Origin: an uncultured Thermoleophilia bacterium
Lineage (GTDB): Bacteria; Actinomycetota; Thermoleophilia; Solirubrobacterales; 70-9
Length of the DNA: 64,000 bases
Direction: 5' to 3'
NCBI GenBank assembly: GCA_963718595.1
Contig: OY970365.1
Coordinates: 965,994-1,029,993 of the forward strand
Part shown: one piece after another, positions 57,155-64,000 of the stretch
Numbering within the stretch: position 1 is the stretch's first letter
Layout: every line of letters starts with the position of its first letter
Notes under the pieces: generated by a model
Database searches by the model: none
What the model saw: the letters and a program-made list of their open reading frames with translations, nothing else
What the model was told of the DNA's origin: nothing
Position numbers and translations under genes: made by a program

Positions 57155-60007
57155 CTGCTCGAGCAGGATCAGGACGGATTCGTAGGGCTCGCCGGTGGCG
57201 CGCTCGAGGCCGATCTCGCAGGTGCGGTTACTGGAGAGGCGGGCGTCGAAGTGGCGGCCCTCGAGCTCTTCGGCCTGGGGGCGGGTGGCGGCCTCGGTCA
57301 GCTCCGGGTGAGAGATGCCGCGGTCGCCGGCGAAGCCGCAGCAGGTGGCCGAGGGAGCGATGTAGACCTCGTCGGCGAGGGTGTCGGCGAGGACGCGGAT
57401 CTTCGGGGTCAGGCCCATGCGACGGGTGGCGCAGGTCGGGTGGACGGTGGCCGAGCCGGTCCGCTCGGCGACCTCGAGCCAGGGCAGCAGGCGGTCGTGC
57501 GCCCAGGCGACAGAGTCGAGGATCTCCAGCTTCCCGAGCCGCTCGGCGTTCTCCTCGCTGAGCACCCCGGCGCCGGGCTCGGCGACCGCGTTGGTGCAGG
57601 AGGCGGCGTCGACCACGATCGGCAGCGCTCCCTCGCCGCTCCACTCCCAGAGCCGCTCGACCATCTCGTTGGCCTTGAAGCGGTGGGCATCGGCGAACCC
57701 TTTGGAGCTCCAGGGCAGCCCGCAGCAGCTGCCGACCACGTCGGGTGGGATCCAGACCGGCTTCCCGGCCCGCGCGGACACTTCCACCAGCGCCTCGACA
57801 ACCCACCGCCGACGGGCCGATTTGGGGCCTATATCTCCTCTTTTCGGCCCGTCGGCCGCGGTGCCGAAGATGCGGTTGGTGCAGGAGGGGACGTAGACGG
57901 CGGTGGCCCCGGTGTGGATCGTCACCGGCAGCTTGCTCGAGGCGGCGCCCGGCAGCGCTCGTCCGCGCTTGGTCCGGCGGGCGATCGGACCGCCGACCCG
58001 CAGGCCCAGCCGTGAGGCGCCCTCGACCATGCCCCAGCGCTGCGCTTTGCGCAGCGCCGAGCGCTCCTCGCGCTCGGAGTGCTCGCGGTGGCGCAGGTCC
58101 TTGACCAGGGCGCCGGTGTCGATCCCGACCGGGCAGGCGATCTGGCAGGAGCCGTCGGCGGCGCAGGTTGCCAGCGCCTCGTACTCGAATTCCTTCTCCA
58201 GGGCCAGCCGCACCGGGGAGTCCTCGGGCTGGCGGGCGATCTCCCGCCGCAGCACGATCCGCTGCCGCGGCGTCGTCGTCAGGTCGCGGCTGGGGCAGAC
58301 CGGCTCGCAGAATCCGCACTCCACGCAGGAGGTCGCCGACTCCTCGATCGGCGGCGTCGTTTTCAGGTTGCGCAGGTGCGCGTCGGGGTCGCGGTTGAGG
58401 ACGACGCCCGGGGAGAGCACCCCGTCGGGATCGGCCAGCCGCTTGATCCGCCACATCAGCTCGGTCGCCCGCTCGCCCCACTCTCGCTCCACATAAGGGG
58501 CCATGTTGATCCCGGTCCCGTGCTCGGCCTTGAGCGAGCCGTCGTACTTGCCGACGATCAGCTCGACCAGCTTGCCCATGAAGGCCTCGTAGCGGTCGAG
58601 GTCCTCCTGTTTGGCGAAGTCCGGGGTCAGCATGAAATGGAGGTTGCCGGCGGAGGCGTGGCCGGCGACGCCGGCCAGGAACCCGTGCTCCCCCAGCAAC
58701 GCCTGCAGGTCGCGGGCGCCCTCGGCGATCCGCTCCGGCGGCACGCAGACGTCCTCGACGATCAGCGCCGTCCCGGCCAGTCGCAGTTTGCCGATCAGCC
58801 CGTGCAGGCCCTCGCGCACGCGCCAGCTCAGCTCGATCTCCTCGAGCTCGCGGGAGAAGGCGATCGGGCGGATCGTCTCGTGCGAGGAGAGCAGCGCTTC
58901 GGCGCCGGCCACGTACCCGGCCAGCCCGGCCTCCTCCTCGGCACCGAACTCGACCAGCAGCACCGCCGACTCGGGCGGCAGCTCTTTCCACTCCTGCGGC
59001 GCCCCGACCATGTTCCAGGCGGCGGTGATCAGGGCCGGCGCGACCATCAGCTCGACCGCGGTGGCGCCGGACTCGACCAGGTCGGGGACGGTCGCGATCG
59101 CGGCGTCGATGCTGGGGAAGTGAACCCAGGCGGTGGTGGTCACGGCCGGCAGCGGCACGGTCTCGAAGACCGCCTCGGCGACGAAGCCGAGCGTGCCCTC
59201 CGAGCCGACCAGGAGGCGGCGGAAGATCTCCAGCGGCTCGTCGGCATCGAGGAAGGCGCAAAGGCGGTAGCCGGTCGTGTTCTTGATCGCGAACTTGCGG
59301 CGGATCCGCTCGCTGAGCTCGGCATCGGCGCGAATCTCGTCGCGGATCGCTTCCAGGCCGGCGGCAAGCTCCGGCTCGGCGGCGGCGAACTGCTCGCCCG
59401 CGCCGGGGGCGGAGCTGTCGATCGTCGTCCCCGAGGGGAGGACGAAGGTGAGCGCGCGCACGGTCGAGTAGGAGTCCCTGGTGACGCCGCAGCGCATCCC
59501 GCCCGAGTTGTTGGCGATCACGCCGCCGACGGTGGCGACGTCGGTCGAGGCCGGGTCGGGGCCGAGCTTGCGACCGTGTGGGGCGAGCACGCGGTTGACG
59601 TGGCCGAGGATCGTGCCCGGCTTGACCCGGGCACGGGCGCCGTCCTCCTCGACCGCGACGCCGCCGAAGTGGCGGCGCACGTCGACGAGGATGCCGTCGC
59701 TCTGGCCCTGGCCGTTGAGGCTGGTGCCGCCGGCGCGGAAGGTGACCGGGATCCCCTGCTCGCGGCCGAAGGCGAGCACCTTGGCGACGTCGCCGGCGTC
59801 GTGCGCCATCACCACCGCGCGCGGGAAGAGCCGGTAGGGGCTGGCGTCGGAGGCGTACTTGACCAGGTCGCCGGGGCTGGTCAGCACCCGGTCGGCGCCG
59901 AGCAGCCCCTCCAGTTCGCCGCGCAACGGCTGCGCGACCCCGGCCGCGAGCTCGTCCGGAGCGCGGTCGACGGCGGGCGCCGGAACGGTTGCGACGCCCT
60001 CCGTCAC
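57137..60007 (-). CDS. FAD-binding oxidase fused to a 4Fe-4S dicluster and CCG domains (GlcD-GlcF / D-lactate dehydrogenase-like)
   Basis: Track ORF trimmed to GTG (cac 60005-60007). FAD PCMH domain (FRAGGTSLNGQ), CVECGFCEPVCPS and CAADGSCQIACPVG clusters, CCG motifs SCCGLPW and TCCGFAG. Confidence 0.85.
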   Translation of the reverse strand: MTEGVATVPAPAVDRAPDELAAGVAQPLRGELEGLLGADRVLTSPGDLVKYASDASPYRLFPRAVVMAHDAGDVAKVLAFGREQGIPVTFRAGGTSLNGQGQSDGILVDVRRHFGGVAVEEDGARARVKPGTILGHVNRVLAPHGRKLGPDPASTDVATVGGVIANNSGGMRCGVTRDSYSTVRALTFVLPSGTTIDSSAPGAGEQFAAAEPELAAGLEAIRDEIRADAELSERIRRKFAIKNTTGYRLCAFLDADEPLEIFRRLLVGSEGTLGFVAEAVFETVPLPAVTTTAWVHFPSIDAAIATVPDLVESGATAVELMVAPALITAAWNMVGAPQEWKELPPESAVLLVEFGAEEEAGLAGYVAGAEALLSSHETIRPIAFSRELEEIELSWRVREGLHGLIGKLRLAGTALIVEDVCVPPERIAEGARDLQALLGEHGFLAGVAGHASAGNLHFMLTPDFAKQEDLDRYEAFMGKLVELIVGKYDGSLKAEHGTGINMAPYVEREWGERATELMWRIKRLADPDGVLSPGVVLNRDPDAHLRNLKTTPPIEESATSCVECGFCEPVCPSRDLTTTPRQRIVLRREIARQPEDSPVRLALEKEFEYEALATCAADGSCQIACPVGIDTGALVKDLRHREHSEREERSALRKAQRWGMVEGASRLGLRVGGPIARRTKRGRALPGAASSKLPVTIHTGATAVYVPSCTNRIFGTAADGPKRGDIGPKSARRRWVVEALVEVSARAGKPVWIPPDVVGSCCGLPWSSKGFADAHRFKANEMVERLWEWSGEGALPIVVDAASCTNAVAEPGAGVLSEENAERLGKLEILDSVAWAHDRLLPWLEVAERTGSATVHPTCATRRMGLTPKIRVLADTLADEVYIAPSATCCGFAGDRGISHPELTEAATRPQAEELEGRHFDARLSSNRTCEIGLERATGEPYESVLILLEQLTRNG
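57809..57855. repeat. 47-nt palindromic element (subtype I) inside the FAD/Fe-S oxidase CDS
   Basis: ccgacgggccgatttggggcctatatctcctcttttcggcccgtcgg. Translated on the minus strand as ADGPKRGDIGPKSARR. Confidence 0.85.
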
Positions 60008-60056
60008 TTGTCCCCCATGGGCGGGGGGCAAGACACGGATCGCCGCAGGCGGGTCA

Positions 60057-61655
60057 TCAGAAGAGCGACATGCCGGTCTCGACCGGCACTTCGACCAGCT
60101 CGGGCTTCGAGGAGGCGAGCGCGGTCTGCAGGGCGGCGCTGACTTCGTCGCGGTCGCGGGCGCGGTGGGCGCTGACGCCGTAGCCCTCGGCGACCGCGGC
60201 GACGTCGAGCGCCGGCAGGTCGAGGCCGGGCGCACCGGTCACCTGCTCGACTTCGGCGAACCACTTGAGGATCGCGTACTCGGAGTTGCGCAGGACCAGG
60301 AAGGTGACCGGGGCGTTGTAGGCGACGGCGCTCCAGAATGCGGTGATCGCGTACTGGGCCGAGCCCTCGCCGAGCACGCAGACGACCGGGCGGTCGGGTT
60401 GGGCGAGTTGGACGCCGACCGAGGCGGCGAGGCCGAAGCCGAGGCCGCCGCCGGCAGCGAAGTAGTAGCTGCCCGGCCGCGAGAGCCGCAGCTGGTTGCG
60501 CAGGGCGAGCGTGCTGGAGGGGGACTCGAGGACGACGATCGCGTCCTCGGGCAGGACCTCGCGCAGGGCGCTGTGGACGGTCGAGGCGTTGAGCGGGTCG
60601 GTGGCCGGGATTTCGCCCGGGCCCGGGTTCGGCTCCGGCGCCGTGCGGGTCGACTCGGGAACGGCGGCCAGCAGCGCCCCCAGGGTCAGCGCCACGTCGG
60701 CGACGATCGCGTCGCCCATCGGCGCCCTCACCGCCTCGTCCGGGTCGCTGGTGATCGCGACCAGCTTCGCCCCCTCCGGCAGCAGCGGCCCCGGGATGTA
60801 CGGGTAGTACGGGAAGACGGAGCTGCCGACGACGAGGATCAGGTCGTGGCCCTCCAGCGTCTGCCCGGCCGGGCCGATCGCCGGCGGCAGCACGCCGCGG
60901 TAGTTCGGGTGGCCCTCGGGAAAGCCGAGGCGGTGGCCGCCGGTCGCGGGCGAGGCCCAGACCGGCAGGCGCTGGCGCTCGGCGAGGCCGACGGCCAGAT
61001 CCCAGGCGCCGCTGGTGTCGATGTCGGGGCCGGCGACGAGGACCGGGTTGGCGGCGGCGTCGAGCGCCGCGGCGAGGGCGCGAACCGCCTCCGGGTCGGC
61101 GCCGGCCCGGCCGCTCACCTTGCGCTCGATCGCGGCGCGGGCGTCGGCCTCGTCGACCTCGGCGTCCCAGTCGTCCATCGGAATCGAGACGAAGACGGGG
61201 CCCCGCGGCGGCAGCCCGGCGAGATGGGCGCCGTGGGCAAGGGCCAGCGGCACGTCCTGGGCGCGCGGCGGCTCGAAGGACCACTTGACCAGCGGGTGCG
61301 GCATCCGCGTCGCGTCGCGGTTGGTCAGGTTCGCCTGCAGAGTGACCTGGGCCCGCGCCTGCTGGCCGGCGGTGATCAGCAACGGCGAGTGGTTGGCCTG
61401 GGCGTTGAAGATCGCGCCCATCGCGTTGCCGACCCCCGGCGCCGTGTGCAGGTTGACGACGGTGGTCCTGCCCGAGGCCTGGGCGAATCCGTCGGCCATC
61501 CCGACCACGACCGCCTCCTGCAGGCCGAGCACGTAGTTGAAGTCGGCCGGGTAGTCGGCCAGCATCGGCAGCTCGGTCGAGCCCGGGTTGCCGAAGATCG
61601 TCGTCATCCCGTGGGCGCGGAAGAGGTCGAACGTTGCGTCTCTGACTGTAAGCAT
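60057..61655 (-). CDS. thiamine-diphosphate-dependent decarboxylase (benzoylformate decarboxylase-like)
   Basis: Internal ATG (cat 61653-61655). MLTVRDATFDLFRAHGMTTIFGNPGSTELP...NLHTAPGVGNAMG...; C-terminal ThDP motif GEGSAQY...N. Confidence 0.9.
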   Translation of the reverse strand: MLTVRDATFDLFRAHGMTTIFGNPGSTELPMLADYPADFNYVLGLQEAVVVGMADGFAQASGRTTVVNLHTAPGVGNAMGAIFNAQANHSPLLITAGQQARAQVTLQANLTNRDATRMPHPLVKWSFEPPRAQDVPLALAHGAHLAGLPPRGPVFVSIPMDDWDAEVDEADARAAIERKVSGRAGADPEAVRALAAALDAAANPVLVAGPDIDTSGAWDLAVGLAERQRLPVWASPATGGHRLGFPEGHPNYRGVLPPAIGPAGQTLEGHDLILVVGSSVFPYYPYIPGPLLPEGAKLVAITSDPDEAVRAPMGDAIVADVALTLGALLAAVPESTRTAPEPNPGPGEIPATDPLNASTVHSALREVLPEDAIVVLESPSSTLALRNQLRLSRPGSYYFAAGGGLGFGLAASVGVQLAQPDRPVVCVLGEGSAQYAITAFWSAVAYNAPVTFLVLRNSEYAILKWFAEVEQVTGAPGLDLPALDVAAVAEGYGVSAHRARDRDEVSAALQTALASSKPELVEVPVETGMSLF

Positions 61656-61743
61656 CGGCACAAGCCTATCCGCAGCGGGAGAACGACTGAGCATTGCCTC
61701 GCCCCCAATTCAAGGCCGCGCGATCGGTGTCGATAGCGAGAGG

Positions 61744-62427
61744 GTGATTCGCTACGTAGCCATCATCTGCGCCGCCGCTCTGTGCCTGGCCGCGGGCGCC
61801 GCCGGCACCGCCGCGGCGGAACCGCCGCCGAGCGAAACCAGCCTCGTCTACGGCCCCAGCTCGATCGTCCCGATCCCGACCTCGATCCCGCACGAAGCGG
61901 GCGACATGGTCGACAAGCGAATCGTCCCCGACCTGCGCTGGATCGCCCAGCGGTACCCGATCTACGTCACCGACGGCTACTCCGGGCCGCTGCCCGACGG
62001 CGGCTGGTCGGGTTGCCACGGCTGCCACGTCGTCGGCTCCGACCACTACAACGGGCTGGCGGTCGACATCGTGCCGCTCGTTCCCAGCTCCAGCTGCGAC
62101 GCCAGATGGACCGCGATCACCCGCCTCGCTCTCTGGGCCGAGCCGAAACAGAACCGGCCGGTGCTCCCCTTCCGCTGGGTCGGCTACAACGGCGACGTCG
62201 CCCACGGCTGCGGCCACCACCTCCACCTCTCCTGGAACCACGCCACGGCGCGCCGCTACGCGCTTGCCGAATGGGTCGAAGTCTTTCCCGCCTCCGGGCT
62301 CGAAAACGTCAAACAGACCCGGACCAAGAAGCGGGTCCCGAAGACTCCGAAGGCGCCCGCCGGCCCCAGCGGCGGCATCTCCCAGGCAGCCACAGGCGGC
62401 CTCTCACCTCGCGGCACCGGCGACTGA
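61744..62427 (+). CDS. secreted LAS-superfamily zinc metallopeptidase (peptidase M15-like)
   Basis: GTG 61744 within track ORF 61588..62427. Signal peptide, SDHYNGLAVDI (SxHxxGxAxD) and GHHLHLSW (HxH) metal-ligand motifs. Confidence 0.65.
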   Translation: MIRYVAIICAAALCLAAGAAGTAAAEPPPSETSLVYGPSSIVPIPTSIPHEAGDMVDKRIVPDLRWIAQRYPIYVTDGYSGPLPDGGWSGCHGCHVVGSDHYNGLAVDIVPLVPSSSCDARWTAITRLALWAEPKQNRPVLPFRWVGYNGDVAHGCGHHLHLSWNHATARRYALAEWVEVFPASGLENVKQTRTKKRVPKTPKAPAGPSGGISQAATGGLSPRGTGD

Positions 62428-62467
62428 GCCCTACGCGCGATTACCTCAAAGGCTGTAGAAATAGTCG

Positions 62468-63601
62468 GTGCCCGACCAGCCAATACGGAAGAGAGCCGCT
62501 TCGGCACCAGACGTGCGTGAACAGGTAGAGCGACCGCCGATCCTGCCACGCAGTGTCTCGATCGGCATCTACGTAGTTGCAGCGGTGGCGACGGTGTGCG
62601 CACTGGCCGTGAACATCGCGAGCCCCAGTGGCTGGAAGGTGGACGGGTTCACCCTCGCGCTTCTCGGGCTGCTGATCCTAATTCCCATCGCCGAGCGGGT
62701 GCGGAAAGTGAAGGTGACGAAATTCGCCGAAATCGACGTCGGCGAGAAGGTCATCGAGGAAATCGAGAAGGTCGGAGCGCTGGTCGAGGACGAGCTGGTT
62801 GCACGCGAGGATCGGGCCGAAGCAGAGGAAGCCGAGGACGCCATCGACGAGACCGAACAAGACCTGCGGACGGTCGAGCGCCACCGTGCGAACCCGAGGA
62901 CGATCAGGCAAATCGTGTGGGTCGACGACAACCCCGACGGCAACCGGATAGAGATCGCCGTGCTCAGACGGCGCTTCAAGGTCGAGACGGCGCGATCGAC
63001 GGCGGCGGGCCTGGCGGCGATCGGCGATCCCGACGAGACGGCGGTGATCAGCGACGCCGTGAGAGGCGAAGCCGGCGAGAGCAACCTCCGGGCGGGGCTC
63101 GATCTGATCGAAGCGCTTCAGGATCGCCACCCCCAGGTCCCGGTTTACGTTTACTGCGGTCAGGAGACCGCCGAAAAGTACGCACAGCCGCTGAAGGACG
63201 GCGGCGCCAAGGTCGTCACCGCTTCATTCGACGAGCTCAGCCGCGTGATTCGCGCCGACGCGCGAGCCAGCTTCGAAGCAGAGGTGGGCGCGCTGCTGGA
63301 GGCGGTGGGGGCAGTCTCCGAACAGGAGGCCGGCATCGATTTTCTCCTCGACCTGCCCGGCGTGCGGGTCGCGGTCGAGGCAAAGGACTACCGGCGAACC
63401 CCCAAGGCCGCGGCCCTCGACCGGACCATGGACTTGCTCGCGGAGACGATCCGCCTGGACAAGGCGGAGGCCGGACTAGTCGTCGTCCCCAAGGACGTCT
63501 TTGACCCCGCCCAGCGTGAGCGAGCGAAGGCGCGGGGAGTGCGATTGGTCGCGGTGGGTGAGCTCCTCCAGGAGCTGAAGGCGCTCAGCCGCCCCGACTG
63601 A
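62468..63601 (+). CDS. membrane-anchored protein: 2 TM + acidic coiled-coil + receiver (CheY)-like domain + Mrr-type PD-(D/E)xK nuclease-like domain
   Basis: 377 aa. TM segments IGIYVVAAVATVCALAV and FTLALLGLLILIPIA. REC-like IVWVDDNPDGN...AVISD...VYVYCG...GAKVV. C-terminus SFEAEVGALLEAVG...GIDFLL...VAVEAKDYRR...AGLVVV...VRLVAVGELL matches the Mrr_cat pattern (FE..V..LL, G.D, E.K). Confidence 0.7.
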   Translation: MPDQPIRKRAASAPDVREQVERPPILPRSVSIGIYVVAAVATVCALAVNIASPSGWKVDGFTLALLGLLILIPIAERVRKVKVTKFAEIDVGEKVIEEIEKVGALVEDELVAREDRAEAEEAEDAIDETEQDLRTVERHRANPRTIRQIVWVDDNPDGNRIEIAVLRRRFKVETARSTAAGLAAIGDPDETAVISDAVRGEAGESNLRAGLDLIEALQDRHPQVPVYVYCGQETAEKYAQPLKDGGAKVVTASFDELSRVIRADARASFEAEVGALLEAVGAVSEQEAGIDFLLDLPGVRVAVEAKDYRRTPKAAALDRTMDLLAETIRLDKAEAGLVVVPKDVFDPAQRERAKARGVRLVAVGELLQELKALSRPD

Positions 63602-63630
63602 TCGAACGAACCCGCCATAGGATTGGCGGA

Positions 63631-64000
63631 ATGGATGCACGGCAACTGATTGCGCTCGCCTGCGCTGCGGCAGCAGTGGCGCTCGCCGGATGCGGCGGCG
63701 GGCGCGACGACGATGCGCAGACGCCGGTCGCCTGCCTGGAAGGCTCGGGGGCGTACGTGCGGGCGCTGGCGAGCGCACCCGGCAAGGTGCTGGTCGGCGA
63801 GACCCCGATCGGCTCCTGTCTGACCGAGAACCAGAGCGGCGGTGAGCTGGCCACGGTCGGGGAAGCGATGATCGACGCCGCCACCGAACTGAACGCCGAG
63901 GCCCGTGAAGACCCTGGCGCCCAGGCGACGTTGGAGCTCGGCTACCTGGTCGGCGCCGCGAAGCGCGGCGCCGAGGAGACCGAAGGCATCCACACCGACC
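63631..64000 (+). CDS. hypothetical lipoprotein, N-terminal part (runs off the right edge)
   Basis: Own translation: MDARQLIALACAAAAVALAGCGGGRDDDAQTPVACLEGSGAYVRAL... with an LAGC lipobox. No stop before the window end. Confidence 0.5.
   Translation, partial: MDARQLIALACAAAAVALAGCGGGRDDDAQTPVACLEGSGAYVRALASAPGKVLVGETPIGSCLTENQSGGELATVGEAMIDAATELNAEAREDPGAQATLELGYLVGAAKRGAEETEGIHTD

Noticed and set aside
60008-60235. N-terminal 76-codon extension of the FAD/Fe-S oxidase ORF, and similar upstream extensions of ORFs 383, 9024, 14104, 40504, 43063 and 61588.
   Set aside because: The extensions are Arg/Pro/Ser/Ala-rich, overlap neighbouring genes or repeats, and are followed by in-frame starts from which the recognisable domain begins.

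Overview
High-GC (roughly 70% by eye) actinobacterial-type chromosomal segment, densely packed with about 60 genes, mostly housekeeping or metabolic. These include: an Opp/Dpp-type ABC importer; ATP-dependent DNA ligase; Rv2578c-like radical-SAM protein; long-form dCTP deaminase; three TetR regulators; two tRNA-Ser genes; tadA; an S8 protease; a desaturase/CFA-synthase pair; a tightly coupled tkt-tal-pgi-cydA-cydB string; a Ser/Thr kinase; PAC2; otsB; PolX; trxA; ileS; a GlcD/GlcF-type fusion oxidase; and a benzoylformate-decarboxylase-like enzyme. I saw no rRNA, CRISPR array, transposase, integrase, phage genes or recognisable defence operon. The unusual content is mostly non-coding DNA structure. 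(1) A ~0.7-kb composite palindrome occurs twice, at 1433-2119 and 42340-43055. It is built from two ~120-nt hairpins, inverted arrays of CCAGGGTYCG-type units with ~30-nt periodicity, and a central 43-nt hairpin. (2) Two further long G-rich-stem hairpins lie at 48488-48904. (3) A family of 47-nt palindromes sits inside four open reading frames (a GT-C-like membrane protein, cydB, ileS, the FAD/Fe-S oxidase) without breaking them. They are read in different frames in different hosts, which resembles Rickettsia palindromic elements. (4) A 76-bp repeat occurs in two convergent intergenic regions. Protein-level oddities: a membrane-anchored protein with a receiver-like domain fused to an Mrr-type nuclease domain; a 927-aa secreted protein with a ~70-residue Glu/Asp tract; and a TauE/SafE transporter encoded as two overlapping half-genes. 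All family assignments rest on motifs read from the translations. No database search was run.
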